Below, in pieces: positions 29,960 through 37,778 of a stretch of 64,000 bases of DNA. Where the stretch lies: positions 4,224,001 through 4,288,000 of the forward strand of contig CBDDPY010000002.1 of assembly GCA_965232515.1 (NCBI GenBank), read 5' to 3'. This DNA is from Alphaproteobacteria bacterium (GTDB lineage: Bacteria; Pseudomonadota; Alphaproteobacteria; GCA-2731375). Positions within the stretch are counted from its first letter, which is position 1; each line of letters begins with the position of its first letter. The translations under genes and the position numbers were made by a program. The notes under the pieces are model-generated. The model made no database searches. It was not told where the DNA came from and saw nothing but the letters and a program-made list of their open reading frames with translations.

Positions 29960-30658
29960 TCAATTAAAACCTGCCTTTGAGGCTTGGTCATCCCTCCAAA
30001 CTTCGTAACTGATTGTCATGTCATGACACACTGTGGGTAGCCGAATCCAATCACTTTCCTTTCCCGCAGTCTGAATATCAATACTCACCTTACATTTAAA
30101 AATCCATGGTGCCGACAAATTAGGTTTGCGCCCTACTGTTCTGAATAAAGAGCTTGACCAAACTATAAAGGGTCGTTTTATAGTTCTTTCGGTTAAATCA
30201 TAAGTAACTATCTTTGCATTTCCTGGATTTATAATTAAGTCACTAATATTTTTTTTAGATATTCTGTAAGACATGTTATATGAATCAGAAATACCTGTTC
30301 TTCCTTCCACATAAACACTTACGAAATCTGGCAGAGCACCCGGCAGCTTTCCAACGTTGTAGTACGAAATAGAAATTTGGTCTGTACGACTTCCGAATAC
30401 CTCAGGATAGATCTTAAATTCTTTTGTTATAAGATGATTGATAATAATAGATACGAGCAAAGTTGAAATTGAGGCTAGGGCAATTAGCAGCGAAAGAGAT
30501 GAATTTCCTATATCCAAAAACCTCCGAAAGTTCTGAAAGGAACCACAATTACTGCACTTATTTGCGGTAATGGGGATCCTCCCCATGCAGGCAACGCACT
30601 CCTTCGTTTTTGTCTTATCGCCGACAGCATTGCTATTATGTGTTGTGCAAGCGATCAT
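29960..30658 (-). CDS. AT-rich zinc-ribbon/TM hypothetical protein
   Basis: CVAC...CSNC followed by a TM helix. Confidence 0.6.
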   Translation of the reverse strand: MIACTTHNSNAVGDKTKTKECVACMGRIPITANKCSNCGSFQNFRRFLDIGNSSLSLLIALASISTLLVSIIINHLITKEFKIYPEVFGSRTDQISISYYNVGKLPGALPDFVSVYVEGRTGISDSYNMSYRISKKNISDLIINPGNAKIVTYDLTERTIKRPFIVWSSSLFRTVGRKPNLSAPWIFKCKVSIDIQTAGKESDWIRLPTVCHDMTISYEVWRDDQASKAGFN

Positions 30659-30765
30659 GCCCTAACCGCATAGTTGTCTACGGTCGATGTGTCAAGAATT
30701 AGCCGCTCAAATCCATAGAGAAAGCCCGGCCGATGCTGGGCGAGTTGACCACACACCAGAGATTG

Positions 30766-31035
30766 CTATATCTGAGACCCGACACGGGCCAGCCGTTGAA
30801 TACCGATCTTGAGCGCCGCGTCGGCTAGCTTGGGATCGACCTGACACCACGCCAACAACAGCCATGAAGCCATGATCTTGTCGCCACCTGCCGCCGCGGC
30901 AGCCTGAGCCGCCCGCTTAGAGGCGATGGCATCGGCTTGCTGCATGACGTGCCGGTGTAGTCTGTCGCGCCTGTTGGGATCGCTGCCGGCGCTGCCGGAT
31001 GTGGTTTCGGCAACGGCTTGGCTTTCGTCCATCAT
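30766..31035 (-). CDS. Hypothetical protein
   Basis: ORF in the leftward cluster; start uncertain. Confidence 0.45.
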   Translation of the reverse strand: MMDESQAVAETTSGSAGSDPNRRDRLHRHVMQQADAIASKRAAQAAAAAGGDKIMASWLLLAWCQVDPKLADAALKIGIQRLARVGSQI

Positions 31036-31183
31036 GTGGTGCCCTGCCACTCGACGGCATAGGCACAGGCGACGCGAACGAGGCTCTCCCGGAAATCGCT
31101 ATCGTGCCTGGATCGCGCCCACAACAGGCGGCCACGTGCCCGCTTGGCGACAGCCTCGCGGGACTGGGCCAGTTTCTCGGGCG

Positions 31184-31513
31184 TCATGGCTGCCTCCCGA
31201 AATCGACGGTGACGACATTGCCAGTTGCCACCCTGCCCTGCCGGGACCGCCGACGCTTCCGCTTGGGCTTGGCAGGCTTGACACCTTCATAGGCCGCGCT
31301 GATCCGATTGGCGATATTGGCCACCTCGTCACTCACCGGATAGTCCGGGTCGCAATAGACGCGCTTCAGGTGGCCCAACGTCATGCCGATGCGGGACGGG
31401 TCTTTGAGACGGCAGGCAAAGTCGATCAGCGTCAAGCTTTGGCGCAGTCGCTCGGTTGCGAAGTTGCGCAACTCGTCAGCGCATTCTTCGATGATCTGGC
31501 GAGGGTCGGTCAT
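31184..31513 (-). CDS. Hypothetical phage-type protein
   Basis: ATGA-coupled to the upstream gene; NVVTVDFG tail. Confidence 0.6.
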   Translation of the reverse strand: MTDPRQIIEECADELRNFATERLRQSLTLIDFACRLKDPSRIGMTLGHLKRVYCDPDYPVSDEVANIANRISAAYEGVKPAKPKRKRRRSRQGRVATGNVVTVDFGRQP

Positions 31514-32172
31514 GACTGCACCCCCATCAGTCGCTCTAACTCATTGGGCAACGTAGCGAGCAGCGGATCATCGAACGGCTCGATGTCCGCGTTGATCGTG
31601 ACGAGCGTCCGATACTTGGCCAACAGTCCCCCGAGTGTCGTCGGCTTGGCCGCGATCAGATCGGCCTCTGCCGCATAGAGCTTGTCGCTAGCCGTCTTGC
31701 ACGCGGCTTCTGCTTGTTCGAAGCCCAGTTCGCGGCAGCGCCGTTTGTAGGCGTTCTTGTGATCGGAAAGGGATTCCAGCAGCGGCGCAAACCGTTCCTC
31801 TACCGCCTGCCGTTCCGCGTCGGTTGCCGCCGCGTCGTATTCCTTGCGCAGTTGCTTCCAAGTCCGCACGTCGAACATGCGCGGATCAGTGCTGGCGAGC
31901 TCGCGCATCTCGGGCGTGAGGTGTTCCGCAACCTCGTCCGGGAGACACAGCGGCGTTTCACTGTGCGCACGATCGGAAATGGCCGCTTCGATATCGGCCA
32001 GTTCATCAGCCCGGCGGTCCAGGTCCATGACGTGACTTGCCAGCCCGATGACCGGGTCGGTCGCAGCGAGGGCCGGTAATGCCGCTGTTGTGGCGGCAAC
32101 GGGCAAGATACCGGCGCCGGCAACGATTGCACGGCGCGTGACGGTATTCGGTTTGTGGTCTATCGTTGTCAT
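31510..32172 (-). CDS. Hypothetical phage-type protein with twin-arginine-like N-terminus
   Basis: TRRAIVAGAG; DPV; PTTLGGLLAK. Confidence 0.65.
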   Translation of the reverse strand: MTTIDHKPNTVTRRAIVAGAGILPVAATTAALPALAATDPVIGLASHVMDLDRRADELADIEAAISDRAHSETPLCLPDEVAEHLTPEMRELASTDPRMFDVRTWKQLRKEYDAAATDAERQAVEERFAPLLESLSDHKNAYKRRCRELGFEQAEAACKTASDKLYAAEADLIAAKPTTLGGLLAKYRTLVTINADIEPFDDPLLATLPNELERLMGVQS

Positions 32173-32484
32173 GCTTCTTTTCCCTTCGCGGGTGATTGAG
32201 GCAAAGGGGCCGTCCGGGAGGTCCAGTCCTGGACGGCCCGCTGCATTACACCTCGAGCTGGGTCGACAGCCTGTCGAGCCTGCCGGCGATTTCCTGAATG
32301 ACGGATGCCTGTTTCCGCACCACGGCGGGATGGGCTTCCGCAAGTTCGTGAAGCCGCGCAGTGTCGCGCCATGCGTCCATCACGACGGCTTCGGCTTCCT
32401 GTCTTGGGTTCTGCATTCATCCTCCCTTTGTGACCGGACACGGACTGTCCGCCAGTACCCCGCGGACGGAGCAATAGGAGACAG

Positions 32485-32814
32485 TCACGCGGCTTCGCGG
32501 GAGAGTTGGCGGCGCAGGTTTGCGGCCTCGCCCACCATCACAATGCAGATGCTGGTGGCCATGGTGGAACGGCCCAGCGGGTTGGCTCGGTGATACTTCA
32601 GCGCCCGCGCCAGCTTCAGCAGGATATGCCCGGTGAAATCCGCCCCGATGTCGTTGTGCACCGTCAGCAGATCGTCGGTCAGGTTGCCGGGATAGACCGG
32701 GGCTAGATCGCGGGCGCGGTCGTAGAACTTGGCGGCATCGCGGACCTGGCGCTTGCGGCTGGCAATACCCATTTGCCGGGCTTGCTGGCGGGCTTTGTCG
32801 AGAGCGGTTGTCAT
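32485..32814 (-). CDS. Hypothetical protein, divergent from the HTH regulator
   Basis: 109-aa ORF ending REAA. Confidence 0.55.
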   Translation of the reverse strand: MTTALDKARQQARQMGIASRKRQVRDAAKFYDRARDLAPVYPGNLTDDLLTVHNDIGADFTGHILLKLARALKYHRANPLGRSTMATSICIVMVGEAANLRRQLSREAA

Positions 32815-32852
32815 GATCGTGCGGCCTTGGACGATTGTATTTGCATCTTATG

Positions 32853-32909
32853 TGACTTAATATAAGTCATTATTGACGCAGTTTCAACAGATTTCGGTCA
32901 CAAATGACC
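32853..32909. promoter_or_regulatory. Putative operators in an AT-rich divergent promoter
   Basis: Inverted repeats TGACTTA-ATA-TAAGTCA (32853-32869) and GGTCA-CAAA-TGACC (32896-32909); TTGACG at 32873. Confidence 0.55.
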
Positions 32910-32923
32910 AAATTTAATTCACT

Positions 32924-33157
32924 ATGATGACCGGCGCACAAATCAGGATGGCTCGCGGCTACCTCAAATGGTCAGTTCAAGAGCTGGCGAGCAAAGCCGG
33001 CGTCGGCGCGTCGACAGTGCAGCGGATGGAAGCGGTTGAGGGTGTCCCGGCCGCGTCGGGCAAGAACCTTGCGGCCGTCCAAAAAGCCCTAGAGGCTGCA
33101 GGTGTCCGGTTCATAGACGAGAACGGCGGCGGGCCGGGCGTGCGACTGAAGGGCTAG
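32924..33157 (+). CDS. XRE family HTH regulator
   Basis: QIRMARGYLKWSVQELASKAGVGASTVQRME..ALEAAGVRFIDENGGGPGVRL. Confidence 0.9.
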   Translation: MMTGAQIRMARGYLKWSVQELASKAGVGASTVQRMEAVEGVPAASGKNLAAVQKALEAAGVRFIDENGGGPGVRLKG

Positions 33158-33160
33158 GCG

Positions 33161-33322
33161 ATGTGGACGACTATCGCGGCCCTCATTTCCCTGTTCGCCA
33201 TCAGCGCGACGATCTGGGTATTCGTCTATCTGGATACCGGCCTTGGGCTGATGTGCGCGGCCATCCTGGCTGGCGGATTGTTTTATCGTTGGATGCTCAA
33301 TCGAGACAATCCGTCAGCGTGA
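33161..33322 (+). CDS. 53-aa two-TM membrane protein
   Basis: Hand translation MWTTIAALISLFAISATIWVFVYLDTGLGLMCAAILAGGLFYRW...; starts 4 nt after the XRE stop. Confidence 0.55.
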   Translation: MWTTIAALISLFAISATIWVFVYLDTGLGLMCAAILAGGLFYRWMLNRDNPSA

Positions 33323-34174
33323 CTATTTATCCGAATCGCGCGCGCGATTCGGATAAAGCAAGAAAACCAATAGCTCGGCCGCTTGGGCCAACTTGGCGTT
33401 TTCATCTTCCAGGCATAGGGTTTCTAGGAGAGTGAGGGCGTGCCCCAAGTTCATGTTGCCGAGTATGTTTTCGCTGTCGTTCAGGTTCTTGTTTGTGGCG
33501 GTCAGATAGCCGGCAACCCATTGCTCCACGGCATATCGATAATTGATTGTCTCGCCGTCGTCTGGTTGCTGTCGTGCTGCGACAAATTCGGCACAACTGC
33601 GCTGGCCGGCGGCAAAGGCTACGTAGCCGCTTCCGGTTGGCGGCGGGCCTACCCGCGTAGCCTGTTCGCCAAAGCGAGGCTTGGGTTTGTCATCCAAAGC
33701 CGCCGCACATTTAGCCAAACGCAAGAGCGCCTTGTTAGAGCCGGTCAGATCAAAGCGGAACGTCTGCGGGTCGGTTTCGACGTAGAGGGCGAACCCGCGT
33801 CGCAATGCCTCAACGTGGCCTTCTTCAGCGCCAAGCACGACACGGAAAGAATCAACGTCGAGCACCTCGATACGGAAGTTGCCCAACTCAAGCGCATCCG
33901 TTCGCACGAAAGCGACCAGATCTCTTTCATAGAAGTCGAATCCGTCTTTTGCGATCACGACAGACAGCCCGCCTTGGCGTGACAGCAATATTGCTAGCCA
34001 TTCACCATTCGGATATCGCTGGTTTATCTGGCATTGCCGATCCGAAATAGCGGAGCCAGACCATAGTCCGGCTTTGAACTCATGACGGGCATCGGCCCGG
34101 GTAAAGGCCGGGATCGCGAGCGCCAATAGCGCCAACATCACGCCCCATACGATCCCTGCCTTAATGCCGTTCAT
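33323..34174 (-). CDS. Secreted two-domain hypothetical protein (C-terminal HdeA/Rap1a-like Cys pair)
   Basis: Signal peptide; SCAEFV..WVAGYLTATN..LC. Confidence 0.65.
   Translation of the reverse strand: MNGIKAGIVWGVMLALLALAIPAFTRADARHEFKAGLWSGSAISDRQCQINQRYPNGEWLAILLSRQGGLSVVIAKDGFDFYERDLVAFVRTDALELGNFRIEVLDVDSFRVVLGAEEGHVEALRRGFALYVETDPQTFRFDLTGSNKALLRLAKCAAALDDKPKPRFGEQATRVGPPPTGSGYVAFAAGQRSCAEFVAARQQPDDGETINYRYAVEQWVAGYLTATNKNLNDSENILGNMNLGHALTLLETLCLEDENAKLAQAAELLVFLLYPNRARDSDK
33326..33357. repeat. Perfect 32-bp palindrome with no loop
   Basis: TTTATCCGAATCGCGC|GCGCGATTCGGATAAA. Confidence 0.95.
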
Positions 34175-34350
34175 GGCCAACCCCAACCGGTTGCGATACC
34201 CGATTAGATCAGTCTGACGCATCGGCGTTGAAACCGGAATAACGGCCGGGATGTCCGGCAGTTAAATTACACATAAATAACGTAAAATTTTTCTTCATAC
34301 GGATCGGTGCTGGTGATATTGTATTTTCGTAACCAGCAAAGAGGTTAGGC

Positions 34351-34557
34351 ATGGGCCGATACACCAAGATCGTTTCGCACGCCGAAGACCCGGACGTGGT
34401 TGAGCGTGTTCGGGAGCTTGCCGAGCAAGCCGGCACGACGCCGAGCGCGTGGATACGTCAAGCGACGCGGGAGCGGTTGCGCGAAGCTGAGTGGAACGAG
34501 GCTGAATGGGAAGACGCCGAATGGTCGGATGGCTCAGACTTTGAGGGAGCGACCTGA
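34351..34557 (+). CDS. Ribbon-helix-helix-like small regulator
   Basis: VERVRELAEQAGTTPSAWIRQA; GAGG RBS; leads the virion-module operon. Confidence 0.65.
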   Translation: MGRYTKIVSHAEDPDVVERVRELAEQAGTTPSAWIRQATRERLREAEWNEAEWEDAEWSDGSDFEGAT

Positions 34558-35969
34558 TGGCGAGTGGATGGAACGGCAGCGGTCAGGTTGTTCGCTCGGA
34601 CGGCACGAGAACGGGAACAACGGTCTGGGCGCAGGCGAAAGCAGCCGGACAGAGGATCATTGCGGCGTCGCACGATGTCCACGATGAGACGCTGGCCGAC
34701 TCGATAGAGGACTGCATCAACCGGAACGGTGAGAACGCGGTTACCGCCGATATCGGTTGGGGTGGCAACAAGATCACCAATATCGTTGGCATCACGGATG
34801 GTGACGGCGACACGCAAGTTCAGATCGAAGAAGGAGCCGACGACGACACGATCCGACTTGATGCAGCGGGCACGGAAGTTGCGTCGTTCACATCCACGGC
34901 GGCATCGATCAACACCGAACTGACGGTTGCGGAAGCCAATGACGGCGCGGATACATCTCTTGTCCTGAACAATTCCGCCGCTGCCGGATCGACGGACGAG
35001 ACGGCAGCGTTCGCCTTTCAGCAGGCAGGGTTACAGGCGGGCAAGATCGTCGCCGGCCGGATCTCGAACTATTCGTCCGATGCGAACGAAGACAGCTATC
35101 TTGCCCTGTTCACGTCACAAAGCGGGACGGACACCGAAGCCCTTAGGATTGACGAGGCGGGCAAGGTCTTCATCGGCGATACGCTGAATGCAAACGCCAC
35201 CGGTTCGTCGCTCACCATCAACCAGGGCGCGAGCGATGATGAAATCCTGGCGCTTAAATCCAGTGACGTAACGCATGGAACAACGGCCGTGACGGAAACC
35301 GATACGTTCGGCTTCGTTGACAAGAATACCGCCGCTGCGGGGGGATTGAACGTTCGCGGGCTGGCGGCGGCACAGAATGTCGGCCTTAATCTTTTCGCCT
35401 ATTCGCAGAATGACGACGCAAACAAAACCACAACGGCCGGTGGGCGGATGGTGTTGTCCTCGTTCAAGGTTTCCGGGACCGATATCACTGACTCCGGCGC
35501 AAACTCGAACATCTGCATCTGGCAGCATCGTTCGGGTGGCGCTAATCGTATCGCCATGATCCTTGACGAGGACGGCGATCTTCATGTCGATGGCTCGGGT
35601 ACGCTTTCGACGTTTGACGCCTTCAATGACGCCGCTCTTGTGCGCACTTTTGACATGATTCGCTCGCCAAACGAGGTCATCAAGTCGAAGTGGGACGAGT
35701 TTGTCGAATACGGACGTGCCGATCTTGTGAGAGCCGGCATCCTCGGTGATATCTCGCCGGAAGATGAGGCCCGAGGCCATGCACCGATGGTCAATGTTAC
35801 CCAGCTTCAGAGGTTACATAACGGTGCGATCTGGCAGCTTCACTGTCAGATGCGGGAGATGGGCGAGAAGCTCGAAAACCTGCATCGGGACGTTGGGCTT
35901 ATTCCGACGTTCAAGCGGGGGCTGCGGCGGATCTTCTCGGGCGGAAAGTCGGCGGTAGTGAATGGGTGA
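34557..35969 (+). CDS. Phage tail fibre-like protein
   Basis: N-terminal anchor-like WNGSG..CINRNG...TADIGWGGNKITNI; DGDTQVQIEEGADDDTIRL; Gly/Thr/Asp-rich body; chaperone-like helical C-terminus. Confidence 0.7.
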   Translation: MASGWNGSGQVVRSDGTRTGTTVWAQAKAAGQRIIAASHDVHDETLADSIEDCINRNGENAVTADIGWGGNKITNIVGITDGDGDTQVQIEEGADDDTIRLDAAGTEVASFTSTAASINTELTVAEANDGADTSLVLNNSAAAGSTDETAAFAFQQAGLQAGKIVAGRISNYSSDANEDSYLALFTSQSGTDTEALRIDEAGKVFIGDTLNANATGSSLTINQGASDDEILALKSSDVTHGTTAVTETDTFGFVDKNTAAAGGLNVRGLAAAQNVGLNLFAYSQNDDANKTTTAGGRMVLSSFKVSGTDITDSGANSNICIWQHRSGGANRIAMILDEDGDLHVDGSGTLSTFDAFNDAALVRTFDMIRSPNEVIKSKWDEFVEYGRADLVRAGILGDISPEDEARGHAPMVNVTQLQRLHNGAIWQLHCQMREMGEKLENLHRDVGLIPTFKRGLRRIFSGGKSAVVNG

Positions 35970-36363
35970 GATTATGCATAGCACCGCCGAATTGATGGCC
36001 CTGCCGGCGGATGAGCTGGAACGGCTGATAGCCGAACATCCCGAACGTGTGGCCGCTGTATTGGCGGACGGCAACCCAACCACAGCAGACGGGCAGGCGC
36101 TGGGCTCACGGCTCAGCAGCGGTGCGCTGCATACCTTGGTTGCGGCTTGGCATGGCTTAGATATCCCGGCGCACCTGAACCTTGACGACAATGCCCGCTG
36201 TGACGTGCTGCTACGTCTCTGCGGCATTGAGCCGCCGGCCTATGACGCGTTGTCGGAAAACGACAAAGGCAAGATCAACAATTTGATGCAGGCCGGCATG
36301 GATGCCAAGGCCGCGTGGATTGAGGTGACGGGCGAGCCGGCTCCGGAAGCGAGGACGCACTAA
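35962..36363 (+). CDS. Hypothetical protein in the virion module
   Basis: Overlaps both neighbours. Confidence 0.6.
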   Translation: MGEIMHSTAELMALPADELERLIAEHPERVAAVLADGNPTTADGQALGSRLSSGALHTLVAAWHGLDIPAHLNLDDNARCDVLLRLCGIEPPAYDALSENDKGKINNLMQAGMDAKAAWIEVTGEPAPEARTH

Positions 36364-37778
36364 TGACGGGCACAATGTCACGATTGCTCAGTGCCATGAC
36401 GGAAAGGCAGGCACTTGGACCCTCGGGACAGACGCCGGCTTCTGCTTTTGCCCAACAGCTTCTGACCAATCAGCCTGGCGGGCTTGGAAACCTCGCCAGC
36501 CCGATCATCGCAGCGATGTTGTTGAAACGAGACCAGGAACAGCGACAGCGCATCGAGGGCGAGGACGCGGACATGTTCCGTCAGGCGTTGAAAGCGCTTC
36601 AAGGCGGCGTCAAAGAGTTCCGCAGCCCGGACACGGGCGAGGTGCTCGTACCCGGACAACAGCCCGGCGCACAGGCGTTCGCGCAGGTGCTGGCGGGTAA
36701 CCCCCGCACCGCTCCCATTGCAGCAAACGTCATGGCCGACGCATTGCAGCAGAACCGGCCTAAGTTCGTGAACGTGCCGAATGTGGGGCTGGTCCGAACA
36801 CAGGGCGACACGGCGGAAACGGTCATAGAGGCGCGGCCGGACGAGTTTGAAACGATCAGGCTCAATAACGGTGTGCTGGCCCAGCGGAACAAGCGCACCA
36901 ACAAAATTTCATCTTTGCCACAGACACGCCCGCCATCGGCGCGACAAGCGCGCATACAGTCGTTGATGGACCAGGGCTTGGACCAGACAACGGCAGCCAA
37001 CGTCGCGGATGGCTTTATTCAGATTTTGCCGGACGCGCTGGGCCGACCCGTTGCCGTTAATGTCGTGACGAACGAACAGACGCCCTTACGTGTCAGCAGC
37101 GTCCAAACCAGCCAACAGCCAGCGTCAGCCGCGTCACAAGTTACACAGCCGACACAGAGTCCCGAGCCGGCGAACGTTCCGCAATCTGCCGTCAATGTAG
37201 TTGACGGCACACCCAGTGACAGCGCATCTCCGCCCGCGTTGCCAACCGACCGACCGCCTTTGACGGCCTTCGAGGCTGTCCAGGGCGGTACGGGCATCCT
37301 GCCGGCTATACAGGGCGCAATCTCAAGCACAGCCGGTCAGTTCTTCGAGGGTGCGCAGTTTCCGGGGGTGGCCCAAAGGCGCGCATTCTTTGCCGGCCTT
37401 CAGCAGCAAGCCATTAGAGCGTTCTCGACTGGCGGCAAGACGCCCGTGGTCGAGCAAGAGCGGATCGCAAACATCTTCGCGAAATTGGGCGCATTGGAAA
37501 GCGAGGCGGACGCCGTGGCGTCGCTGCAAACCGCCGTGCAGATGATCGACCAGCGCATTGCGCAGAACGAACGAGCGATGCGGGCTCCCAATACGCCGAC
37601 AAAAGATATCCCCGAGCTGGCCCGAGGCATCACCGAACTCAGGAACCTGAAAGAAGTTGTGGGCGTCCCTTTGCCAGGACAGGTGCAGCAGAACGGGCCG
37701 CAGCAGACGGGTGAGGATTTCGGCGACCTGACGACCGATGAAGCGGATGAGCTTCGACGCCTGCGGGGGCAGCAGTGA
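36363..37778 (+). CDS. Putative DNA-ejection (internal virion) protein
   Basis: Gln/Ala/Gly-rich and helical, no Cys or Trp; positioned after the fibre gene and before a large helical ORF. Confidence 0.6.
   Translation: MTGTMSRLLSAMTERQALGPSGQTPASAFAQQLLTNQPGGLGNLASPIIAAMLLKRDQEQRQRIEGEDADMFRQALKALQGGVKEFRSPDTGEVLVPGQQPGAQAFAQVLAGNPRTAPIAANVMADALQQNRPKFVNVPNVGLVRTQGDTAETVIEARPDEFETIRLNNGVLAQRNKRTNKISSLPQTRPPSARQARIQSLMDQGLDQTTAANVADGFIQILPDALGRPVAVNVVTNEQTPLRVSSVQTSQQPASAASQVTQPTQSPEPANVPQSAVNVVDGTPSDSASPPALPTDRPPLTAFEAVQGGTGILPAIQGAISSTAGQFFEGAQFPGVAQRRAFFAGLQQQAIRAFSTGGKTPVVEQERIANIFAKLGALESEADAVASLQTAVQMIDQRIAQNERAMRAPNTPTKDIPELARGITELRNLKEVVGVPLPGQVQQNGPQQTGEDFGDLTTDEADELRRLRGQQ

Noticed and set aside
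13900-30700. Integron cassette array
   Set aside because: Genes are in mixed orientation, no recurring attC-like element was seen, and the recombinases do not look like IntI.
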